Shown in pieces: positions 1 to 9,228 of a DNA stretch of 64,000 nucleotides. The notes beneath the pieces are model-generated. The model was not told the origin of the DNA. It saw nothing but the letters and a program-made list of their open reading frames with translations, and did not search any database. The position numbers were made by a program, and so were the translations under genes. Each line of letters opens with the position of its first letter. The stretch's first letter is position 1. This DNA comes from Clostridia bacterium. Lineage in GTDB: Bacteria; Bacillota; Clostridia; Christensenellales; Aristaeellaceae. The DNA is taken from NCBI GenBank assembly GCA_045590215.1, contig JAZNQO010000028.1, forward strand, positions 10,144 to 74,143. The letters are read 5' to 3'.

Positions 1-1331
<1,331 letters not shown>

Positions 1332-1489
1332 GCAAACAACAGGATAAAAAGCCGGGAAAAGCTGCAAATCTTTTCAATTTTGCGTGCAGATGGCAGAAAA
1401 TGACGAAGCATTGATTACACGATCGTTATCCCTTGCCTCAAACGCACAACCAATACCGGAGCAACCAAGCAGGGGACTTCTCATCCCCC

Positions 1490-1830
1490 ATCCCCCCACG
1501 GCAGGAAGTTCCTTCCTGCACCTACTCTGCGAATGCACGCATGTTCTCCGTCCAACTCTTTCCGCACGAAACTTAAAGAACGGAAGCAATATACGCCACG
1601 GGCACAAAGAAAAAAAGAAAAAGGCGATGGAGGAACTCTTTTCCGTCCACGCCTTTTTACTGTGTTCCCGTATGCGGCCGCTCCGCAGCCAACTCGCAAT
1701 GTTACCACCGTTTTCTGCCACAATGCTTCTGCATGTATCTTGCAACAGCGGCACACAGTTCACTGGATAGCATCCGCCAAATCCGCTACCGGGTCAAGGG
1801 GCAATGCCCCTTGCCGGGTGCAGGGGCGGA
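1490..1830 (+). repeat. intergenic composite repeat, copy A
   Basis: Colinear with 23872-24240. The 80-nt core at 1738-1817 differs from 24159-24238 at 4 positions. It shares a GAAACTTAA-loop hairpin (1559-1585) and an A-tract plus hairpin plus T-run module. Confidence 0.85.
1607..1658. terminator. bidirectional intrinsic-terminator-like hairpin inside repeat copy A; probably ends the CotH-like operon
   Basis: AGGCGATGGAGGAA...TTCCGTCCACGCCT stem flanked by an A-run (1607-1621) and a T-run (1654-1658). Confidence 0.6.
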
Positions 1831-1841
1831 GCTCCTGCAAA

Positions 1842-3812
1842 TCACTTAAAAATATTCGTATCTTCCAAAAGCCTTTGCACGTCCCCGAAATACTGTTCCA
1901 CTTCCCCGTCGGTGAGCTTCATATGCTTTTGCAGAAGGGATACGATTTTCGTAGGCCGGATGCGGCCGTAATACTTCACGGCATCCACGTTCTGCCGCCA
2001 TTCCTTCATGGTGAAATGGGGCCAACGTTCCAAGTGCCGGGGCAAGAGAACTTCCAGCGTTTCTTCCCACGGGGCGAAGGCCTGCTCCATGAAAGGCCAT
2101 TGGAAGGAAAGTTCCAGAATTTCCGCAAACCGGGCGAGGAACTTCTCCTTCATTTCCGGCACATTGAGCAGGGCGGCCATGGGCTCGTGGCGGAAACCCT
2201 GAATTTTATCGTTCACCTTTTTCAGGTAATAGTTCATGGGAGCTTTGTCGAGGGAGAGGAAGCCTGCTTCCACATCAAACAAAAGATACTTCCATTTGCC
2301 GCCGGGCACCCGATAGACCCGGACGTTGGTAAAATCGTCGTTGCCGACGATGATTTCAAAGGCGGCGTGGGTAAAGAGGCTGTCCACATCCAGATTGTCC
2401 AATACATATTGCAGGTTGTCGGGATCATTCAGGTCTTCCTTCTTGCAAAAATCGCATAAGGCCAGCCAGTCCGTGTTATCGCCGTTCTGCAAAAATTCAT
2501 CTCGCCCGGTGCGCGCCAGAATGTCAATGTTATCGATGTCCGTTTCGTCGGTCACATTTTCCCACTGGGCGATGAAATGCTTGTTGATCTTCTCACGCAG
2601 ATTATAGTGCCCCCAGTATTCGCCGTTGATGTATACTTCAATAGCCAAAGCGTCCTGATAGAGAATATCCAAGGGCTTGGCCAGGGAGGAGATCACCACG
2701 TCCCGAAGCCTAGTGGAAAAGGCGTCCGAATTGGTGCTGCGCAGCAGCAGGGATTTGTAGCTGTCATAATCCCGGTTGGGGAAAGGATTAAAATAAAAAC
2801 GATCCTCCCCATAGGCTTTCCGGGCGTAGACGGCAATGGACTTTTGGGCGTTCTGCCGGGCAGAATGACCGGCGGCGGTGAAGGTGCCCATCTGGTTGAT
2901 TTCGCAAAGGCCATTTGCGCCGTAATATTCAATGTTCACCGGGTATTCCCATTCGTGCTCATAATTGGGATAATCGGGGTTCGGGCCTTTCACCAAAGCA
3001 CCGGTTTTTTGATTGAACAGATATTTTTCATCCGTCACCAATGAAATAACGGGCACTGGCTGCGCTTCCCCGATGAAGAAAGTAGCGGTTACAGGCTGGG
3101 ACGGCACTCTGTTTTCGGAGAAGGCCGAAAGCCGCAGAACGGCGGTTTTTTCGATGGCCAAGCCTTCCTTTGGAAACTCTTTGGATTTTTCCGTGGGCGT
3201 ATCGCCGTCCAAGGTGTAGCGTAGCGTTTCGCCGGCAACAGCCTCTGCCTTTACCACAATGCCTGCTTCATAAAAGCCGCCGGGGGTCAGGATTTCCGGC
3301 TGAGCCGCGCGGGCCGGGTAAACGGCCGCTTCGTTTTTCTTGCCAGGAGTGGCGGCGGCAAAATAGCCATAGTCTTCACCGCCTGCTTGCTTGCCCCAAG
3401 AAACGTTGCCGTATTGGGGGGGAATTTCAAGGTAAGCAAGGATGGTTTCGCCGTCTTTGTCCGTCAGGTACACCTGATCGCCGGCAGATGAAAGCTTGAA
3501 GGAAGCATAGAAGGTCTTATTTTTGCCGGGGCTTCTTTCTTCACCGGTGCAGTAAATGAGAGCGTATTCCCCAGCCTTGATGGCCGTCCCTTCCGGAAAC
3601 GCCCATTTTTGCAGGTTCTTTTTGCTATCGGATAAGAAGCAGCCGCTCAAGTCCGCTTTCTTGCTGCCGGTGTTATGAATCTCCACCCAGTCGTGGGCTT
3701 CGCAGTTGATATACACCCCATTGGAGGTCATCACTTCACTGAAAAGAAGTTCCGCCCCAGCGGGCAGAGCAATAAAGAGCATCATACACAGACACACGAA
3801 AAACCTTTTCAT
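1842..3812 (-). CDS. secreted lamin-tail-domain + CotH kinase family protein
   Basis: Signal peptide MKRFFVCLCMMLFIALPAGA. LTD-like LLFSEVMTSNG...DWVEIHNTG. CotH-like block GHSARQNAQKSIAVYARK...LLLRSTNSD...EVYINGEYWGHYNLREKI. Start moved to the ATG at 3812 (GAGAGGA 8 nt upstream), which avoids overlap with the upstream gene. Confidence 0.85.
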   Translation of the reverse strand: MKRFFVCLCMMLFIALPAGAELLFSEVMTSNGVYINCEAHDWVEIHNTGSKKADLSGCFLSDSKKNLQKWAFPEGTAIKAGEYALIYCTGEERSPGKNKTFYASFKLSSAGDQVYLTDKDGETILAYLEIPPQYGNVSWGKQAGGEDYGYFAAATPGKKNEAAVYPARAAQPEILTPGGFYEAGIVVKAEAVAGETLRYTLDGDTPTEKSKEFPKEGLAIEKTAVLRLSAFSENRVPSQPVTATFFIGEAQPVPVISLVTDEKYLFNQKTGALVKGPNPDYPNYEHEWEYPVNIEYYGANGLCEINQMGTFTAAGHSARQNAQKSIAVYARKAYGEDRFYFNPFPNRDYDSYKSLLLRSTNSDAFSTRLRDVVISSLAKPLDILYQDALAIEVYINGEYWGHYNLREKINKHFIAQWENVTDETDIDNIDILARTGRDEFLQNGDNTDWLALCDFCKKEDLNDPDNLQYVLDNLDVDSLFTHAAFEIIVGNDDFTNVRVYRVPGGKWKYLLFDVEAGFLSLDKAPMNYYLKKVNDKIQGFRHEPMAALLNVPEMKEKFLARFAEILELSFQWPFMEQAFAPWEETLEVLLPRHLERWPHFTMKEWRQNVDAVKYYGRIRPTKIVSLLQKHMKLTDGEVEQYFGDVQRLLEDTNIFK

Positions 3813-3823
3813 CGCTTTTCCTC

Positions 3824-4108
3824 TCAATAATACAGGGGATTGTCCTTCTTTTTCTTGTCAGGGTCGATGAACTCCACTTCCATGCGGTCAAATTCAACCG
3901 ATTCCACAAAATGATCCGGCAAAAACCGGGCTTGGGCAAATTCGTCCCAGTCCCTTTCATGCCGGGGCAATATCATGGGACGCGGCACATCCAGCTTCCG
4001 GCAGGCCAAGTCCAAAGCTTCCTGCCATTCTTCAATGGTGCAGGGGGCGGTGATATCCTTTTCAATTCTGTTTCTGTGCATCAGGCGCACCCAGATTCCC
4101 GTTGCCAT
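3824..4108 (-). CDS. hypothetical small protein (94 aa)
   Basis: ORF preceded by AAGGAG and packed between neighbouring genes. I recognise no family. Confidence 0.6.
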   Translation of the reverse strand: MATGIWVRLMHRNRIEKDITAPCTIEEWQEALDLACRKLDVPRPMILPRHERDWDEFAQARFLPDHFVESVEFDRMEVEFIDPDKKKKDNPLYY

Positions 4109-4126
4109 GGAAATTTCTCCTTTTCC

Positions 4127-4945
4127 TTACAATAATGCTTCCAATTCCGCCGGGGAATAGGGGAAGACGGGCACAGAGAAGGAAGGCTCCGCAAGCAGCG
4201 ACGGTGGCAGATAAAACACAGCCCTTCCGCCCTCGTCCGCATAAAAATGAATGGCCGGGCTGAATTCGATGGAGAAGGTTTCTTCGTCCACATCCGCTTT
4301 GCAAATGCCCTCTGCCTGCAAGGCCTTGAACTTTTCATAGATTTCCGGCAGCACGGCGGCAGCAATCTGATCCGTGGATTCCCCCACCATCACCACGCCT
4401 CGCAGTGTCAGGCTTTCGCCCAGATATTCGCCGTTCATATCAAAGGTGAGCGATTCCAGCGAAAGAAAAGCACCTTCATCGCCCCTTGTCTGGCTCTTTT
4501 TTTGCAGGATGGACAGGAACCGCCCATTATTGCATTTCACCTCAAAATCATGCGCCACTTCGTTTTTTCCGTCAAAGCGCATGGCTTCTTCATTGGCAAA
4601 CATGGGCAGCACCAGCTGGGTCATTTCATCCAGTGCCATCTGGTAGGTATCGTTCACAGTGAGGGCCGCATAGTTTTCCCCCGTCACATGGGGGTAAGCA
4701 TAGGTGAAATGATACACCCAGTTCTTTTCATTCGGGAAAAAGGCTTCCCCTTCCGTTCTCAAAACCGTGCCGTCCGGAGCCTGTTCGGAAAGAACCGCCA
4801 CCTTTTCCTCTTTTTCCTCCGCCGGGGGAACGGCAGGCTTTTCCACCCCGAAAAGGCAGGCAACCGCCAGCACCACAAGCAGCACAATCACGGCATAAAC
4901 AGCACCCAGCAGCCGGTTTTTTCTGTATTTATCCAACTGCGCCAC
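4127..4945 (-). CDS. membrane-anchored DUF3298/DUF4163-like protein (RsiV/PdaC C-terminal domain type)
   Basis: N-terminal TM helix LLGAVYAVIVLLVVLAVACLF. The C-terminus HFYADEGGRAVFYLPPSLLAEPSFSVPVFPY resembles the DUF3298 end motif (recognised from memory). Confidence 0.6.
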   Translation of the reverse strand: MAQLDKYRKNRLLGAVYAVIVLLVVLAVACLFGVEKPAVPPAEEKEEKVAVLSEQAPDGTVLRTEGEAFFPNEKNWVYHFTYAYPHVTGENYAALTVNDTYQMALDEMTQLVLPMFANEEAMRFDGKNEVAHDFEVKCNNGRFLSILQKKSQTRGDEGAFLSLESLTFDMNGEYLGESLTLRGVVMVGESTDQIAAAVLPEIYEKFKALQAEGICKADVDEETFSIEFSPAIHFYADEGGRAVFYLPPSLLAEPSFSVPVFPYSPAELEALL

Positions 4946-5687
4946 CCCAAATCAAGAAGGAATTGCGGATGATTTCCCCATACAGAAGATATTCCCCCTG
5001 CCGCTCCTTGGGAAACGCCAGCTGCACCTTATAGGCATATTCCATGCCGTCAGATGCAATATACATTTCAAAGAAGTCGTCGCCATAGGTGTAGAAATAG
5101 CCGAAGGCTTCGTTTTCCATCAGCACTTCGCCGGTGGGGTTTTGAAGATAGTCTTCCATTGCCTTCTGATAACCGGGGTTTTCATAGGCTTCCACGCTGA
5201 GGGTTTCCCCTTCTTCAATCTGCCAGCGCATATGCCGGGCAGTTTCATCGGTCACCTGAAAACCCGTGGGCAAATTAAAGGAATAACCGTACACATCGTT
5301 GTCAAAGGGTTCCCACTGCATCACATCGCCGCAGCGGTATTCCGGGGACAGGCTGTCGCAGGAAAGCACGGAAAAGCCGCTTTCCATTTCCGGCTCATAT
5401 TGCAGTGTCAACTGGCAGTGGTGCAGATAAGCCCCCAGCGCATCCGGCCCGTCGCTTTCGTATACATCACCCAGCACCACGGCCTTTTCCCCGTCAAAGG
5501 ATGCCGTATAAACAAACACCTGCACCTCACGCTCCAGCATTTCCCCAACGGCGGCATTCATCTGCTGCTGCAAATCTACCCCGATATCAATATCCATGCC
5601 CTGCATATCCCGAATGGGCGTGACAGAAGCGTGCGCTGATGTCATCATCAGGAAAAGGCACAGTATCATCGCTATAAATTTTTTCAT
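4929..5687 (-). CDS. secreted hypothetical protein
   Basis: Signal peptide MKKFIAMILCLFLMMTSAHA. ATGA overlap with the upstream gene. No family recognised. Confidence 0.65.
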   Translation of the reverse strand: MKKFIAMILCLFLMMTSAHASVTPIRDMQGMDIDIGVDLQQQMNAAVGEMLEREVQVFVYTASFDGEKAVVLGDVYESDGPDALGAYLHHCQLTLQYEPEMESGFSVLSCDSLSPEYRCGDVMQWEPFDNDVYGYSFNLPTGFQVTDETARHMRWQIEEGETLSVEAYENPGYQKAMEDYLQNPTGEVLMENEAFGYFYTYGDDFFEMYIASDGMEYAYKVQLAFPKERQGEYLLYGEIIRNSFLIWGGAVG

Positions 5688-6550
5688 TTTTCTGCCTCCT
5701 TTTGCATTTCGTCTATTTCTTTTGCCATCATGAGGGCGGCCCGGTTGCCTTCCCCGGCAGCTTTTGCCATCTGATAGGGCAGGCCCGTCACATCTCCGGC
5801 TGCAAAAACATGGGGGATATTGGTGCGCCCGTCCGCATCAGTCAGGATTTTTCCGTTTTCTGTTTCCAGCTTTGGAATCAGCTGGGAAAGGGCCACCGCC
5901 GGACGCAGGATAAACACGCCATCCGCTGCCGCTTCCCCGTTTTCCAAATGCAGAATCACTTTTTCTTCCCGCTTTTCAAGGGACAATACTTTTGCTTCCA
6001 AAACGGCTGCCTTTTCATCCAAGGCCGAAATATCATGCTTTTTTTCCGGGAAATACGAAACGCTTTTTGCAATCCCGGTAAGAAAATTGGCATCCTCCAC
6101 CGCTTCATGAAAGCTGCCGATGACGGCCACGTCTTTTCCCTTATAAAACATCCCGTCGCAAGTGGCGCAATAGCTGACCCCCTGCCCCAGCAGCTCGCTT
6201 TCGCCGGGCAGGCCGATTTTCCTGGGAGCCCCCGTAGCCATCAAAAGAGTGCGGCAGGTAAAAATATCATTGCCGGCCAGAACGGAAATCTTCTTCTTTC
6301 CGGGCTGCACCAGCTGCACAACCGCTTTTTTCATTTCAACACCGGCTTCCAGCACCTGCCCGTGTATGATGCGCAGCATTTCGCCGCCGCTGATTTTCGG
6401 CATGCCGGGATAATTATCCACCCGATGCGCCTTTTCCAGTGCGCCCATGCCGCCGTATAAAAGCAGCACGCTTTTGTCTCGCATCCGCAGGGTCAATGCT
6501 GCGCTGCAAGCCGCAGGCCCTGCACCAATCAAAATACTGTCATACATCAT
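5684..6550 (-). CDS. thioredoxin-reductase-like FAD oxidoreductase (CATC redox motif, atypical NAD(P)H site)
   Basis: GAGPAACSAAL FAD motif, SYCATCDG redox centre and AAGDVTG C-terminal FAD motif. GAGGAGG lies 8 nt upstream of the ATG. Confidence 0.85.
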   Translation of the reverse strand: MMYDSILIGAGPAACSAALTLRMRDKSVLLLYGGMGALEKAHRVDNYPGMPKISGGEMLRIIHGQVLEAGVEMKKAVVQLVQPGKKKISVLAGNDIFTCRTLLMATGAPRKIGLPGESELLGQGVSYCATCDGMFYKGKDVAVIGSFHEAVEDANFLTGIAKSVSYFPEKKHDISALDEKAAVLEAKVLSLEKREEKVILHLENGEAAADGVFILRPAVALSQLIPKLETENGKILTDADGRTNIPHVFAAGDVTGLPYQMAKAAGEGNRAALMMAKEIDEMQKEAEK

Positions 6551-6728
6551 CCTGCAGCCCTCCTCTTTTTTCTTGGTTCACACCGCCAGTATACCACACT
6601 TCCATCATCGTTTCCACATAAATTTGAAAAGAAACTGTAACATTTTTCCGTTTTCGCCTGTACGCCGCCCCGAAAATATGGTATACTTTGCAGGAAACGA
6701 AAGTCCATACAGAAGGAGGGAGAAGCCC

Positions 6729-8636
6729 ATGCGCAATATTGCCATTTTTGCCCATGTGGACGCCGGGAAAACCACCGTCTCCGAGCAGCTTCTTTCCCAT
6801 GCAGGTGCCATCCGCAACCCCGGCAAGGTGGACGACGGCACCGCCCACACAGACCGCTTGGCCGTGGAAAGGCGCAGGGGCATTTCTGTGCAGGCTTCCG
6901 GTGCGCTGTTTTCATGGAAGGGGGAGGACATCAACCTCATCGACACCCCCGGCCATAGCGATTTTTCCGCCGAGGTGGAGCGTTCCCTCTGGGCCCCGGA
7001 CGGAGCCATTTTGGTTATCAGTGCCGCCGAAGGGGTGCAGCCCCAAACAGAGGTTTTGTTCCGTGCGCTTTTGCAGGCGCAGATTCCCACCCTGCTTTTC
7101 TTCAATAAAATCGACCGGGAAGGGGCGGATGCCGATGCCGCTTTACAATCCTTCCGGCAAATTTTGTCTCCCCTCGGCTGCATGCTGGAGGACAGGGAAG
7201 GCCTGATGGAAATCCTATCTGAATATGACGATCAGGTGATGGAACACTATCTTTCGGGGAACATCTATCCCGACGAAAAGCTGCATGCGCTGGCGAAAGC
7301 GGCCATGGCGGATATGCGGCTGTTTCCGGCCCTTTGTGGCTCTGCACTGAAGGATGTGGGCATCCCGAAGCTTTTGGACGCCATCATTGATTTTCTCCCT
7401 GCTCCCAAGGGAAGCCCGGACGGGGAGCTTTGCGCCGTTATTTTCGCCGCTCACCAGGACCCCTTGCTTGGCCGGGGCGTGCAAGTGCGCCTTTTTTCCG
7501 GCACGCTGCAAAACCGGGACGCCATCCCCTATCAGGATTCCCAGCGGAAGATCACCCAAATCCGCCTGCCCTCCCCGGATGGCCGGGGCAAGGACGCCGG
7601 CAAATTGGAATGCGGCCAGATCGGCACCCTATTCGGCCTTTCCGATATCCCCATTGGCACCATCCTCGGCAACGAAAACCTGCTGCCCCGGAAAATCCGT
7701 CAGGGTCAGCTTCGGGAGCCTCTCATTGCCGTAAAGGCCGAGCCCATCCAGCCGGATAAGGCGCAGGAAATGCGAAAAGCCCTGCAGATGCTGGCCGGGG
7801 AAGATCCGCTGCTGCAGGTTCGTTACTATAAAGAGACGCAGGAAACAACGCTGCGTGCCATGGGCAATATGCAGTTGGAAATTCTGGAAGAAACCCTGCG
7901 CACCCGCTTCCAATTGCCCTGCACCTTTTCCAAGCCTCAGCTTTTGTACCGGGAAACGCTGGCCGCCCCCACGGAAGGGTTTGTGGCCTATACCATGCCC
8001 AAGCCCTGCTGGGCCATCATGAACCTGTATATGGAGCCTTTGCCTCCGGGCAGCGGCGTGCAGTTTGAAAGCCGGGTTTCTCCACGGGATATTGCCCTGC
8101 GGTATCAGCATCAGGTGGAAAACGCCCTGCCTTTGGCCCTGCGGCAGGGAATGCGAGGCTTTCAGGTGACGGATATCCGCATCACGCTCATCGGCGGCAA
8201 TCATCACGAAATCCACACGCATCCTTTGGACTTTGTGGTAGCCACCCCCATGGCAGTGATGGACGGCCTGCAGCGGGGCGGCACAAGGCTGCTCGAACCC
8301 GTTTTGAAAGCCTTTTTGCAGGTGCCGGAAGGAAACGGCGGAAGGGTCATGAGCGATATCACCAAGATGCGCGGGCAAGTGCTTTCCTCTCAATTGATGG
8401 GCAGTTCCCTGCGCATCGAAGCCCTGATTCCTGCCGTGAACGCCCTGCCCTATGCCGATACTCTCTTGCAATTGACCGGCGGCCGTGGCGGCATGACCAC
8501 CGAAATCCACAGCTATCAATACGCCCCCGACGACGTGCAGGATACCCTGCCCCGGCACGGCGTGAACCCCTTGGACACGGCCAAATATATCCTGGCCGCC
8601 CGCAGCGCACTGGAGGGGGATATTTTCGACCGCTAA
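6729..8636 (+). CDS. translational GTPase of the EF-G / TetM-like ribosomal-protection architecture (635 aa)
   Basis: G motifs AHVDAGKTT, DTPGH and NKID. Length and domain order match Tet(M)/(O)/(W)-type proteins. Start taken at the ATG at 6729 after GGAGGG; the track ORF start at 6447 overlaps the divergent gene. Confidence 0.85.
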   Translation: MRNIAIFAHVDAGKTTVSEQLLSHAGAIRNPGKVDDGTAHTDRLAVERRRGISVQASGALFSWKGEDINLIDTPGHSDFSAEVERSLWAPDGAILVISAAEGVQPQTEVLFRALLQAQIPTLLFFNKIDREGADADAALQSFRQILSPLGCMLEDREGLMEILSEYDDQVMEHYLSGNIYPDEKLHALAKAAMADMRLFPALCGSALKDVGIPKLLDAIIDFLPAPKGSPDGELCAVIFAAHQDPLLGRGVQVRLFSGTLQNRDAIPYQDSQRKITQIRLPSPDGRGKDAGKLECGQIGTLFGLSDIPIGTILGNENLLPRKIRQGQLREPLIAVKAEPIQPDKAQEMRKALQMLAGEDPLLQVRYYKETQETTLRAMGNMQLEILEETLRTRFQLPCTFSKPQLLYRETLAAPTEGFVAYTMPKPCWAIMNLYMEPLPPGSGVQFESRVSPRDIALRYQHQVENALPLALRQGMRGFQVTDIRITLIGGNHHEIHTHPLDFVVATPMAVMDGLQRGGTRLLEPVLKAFLQVPEGNGGRVMSDITKMRGQVLSSQLMGSSLRIEALIPAVNALPYADTLLQLTGGRGGMTTEIHSYQYAPDDVQDTLPRHGVNPLDTAKYILAARSALEGDIFDR

Positions 8637-8661
8637 TCTTGTTTCTTCAAAGGAGAATCTT

Positions 8662-9210
8662 ATGTCAAACAACCAAAAAGGCCGGAACCTTTGGAAAAAT
8701 TTCTTCTATCTGCTGGGGCTTTTGCTGGCGGCGGCGATTTGCTATCTGTCCATCCTGATGATTTCCGGCCAGTTCAGCGAAAGCCGCTCCCTGCCGGAAG
8801 CGGACGGCATTGCCCCTTTGCAGGCCGGGCAATCGGCGGATATCGCCGCCTTGCAGGAGGCTTTCGGTGCGCCCCTGCCCTGGCTGGAAGGCTATCGTTT
8901 TCAGGGGCAGGCCGCCAATGTCACTTTCAACGGCCTGAATGTGCGCAAAATCACCCAGCTCTATGAGGGCTTTACCCTCACGTCCCTGCGCCCGGCCTTT
9001 GCTTCTCCTCTGCTTTTGCACGGCGACCTTGCCCTCTCCATGGAAACGGATTTCACCGTGGCCGGGCTGCCTGCTGCGCTGGCTTCCAAGGGCACAAGCC
9101 ACTGCCTCTATTTCCAGACGAACGACGCCGCCTATTCCCTCTACGCCGAAAACGCCAGCCGTGAAAGCTTTCTGGCCTTGGCTGAAAGGATTGCGTTTGC
9201 AAAGGAGTGA
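8662..9210 (+). CDS. membrane-anchored hypothetical protein
   Basis: AAAGGAG RBS and an N-terminal TM helix FFYLLGLLLAAAICYLSILMI. No family recognised. Confidence 0.65.
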   Translation: MSNNQKGRNLWKNFFYLLGLLLAAAICYLSILMISGQFSESRSLPEADGIAPLQAGQSADIAALQEAFGAPLPWLEGYRFQGQAANVTFNGLNVRKITQLYEGFTLTSLRPAFASPLLLHGDLALSMETDFTVAGLPAALASKGTSHCLYFQTNDAAYSLYAENASRESFLALAERIAFAKE

Positions 9211-9228
9211 ACGAAAATAAAACGGTTT

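Noticed and set aside
1481-1756. Possible small Cys-rich peptide encoded on the minus strand of the repeat. Copy A reads GTG-CRCCKIHAEALWQKTVVTLRVGCGAAA; copy B at 23953..24177 reads SRCCKKHADKLLQKTIVILRVDCGTAA.
   Set aside because: Over the 28 alignable codons, 13 of the 23 nucleotide differences I counted fall at third positions, which is mildly suggestive of coding. Against this, both ORFs start at GTG with no Shine-Dalgarno. The frames diverge completely after the indel. The ORFs run through the terminator hairpin. Their lengths and C-termini are unrelated. I treat it as a chance pattern unless ribosome profiling says otherwise.
6447-6728. Long N-terminal extension of the GTPase ORF (track start 6447)
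   Set aside because: The extension overlaps the divergent TrxR-like gene and the intergenic promoter region. The ATG at 6729 has GGAGGG upstream and gives the normal MRNIAIFAHVDAGKTT N-terminus.
6729-8636. Calling the GTPase a tetracycline-resistance gene (tetM/tetW/tetO)
   Set aside because: Only the architecture and G-domain motifs match. The rest is clearly diverged from tet determinants as I remember them, and there is no mobile-element context. A resistance call would need a database search or a phenotype.
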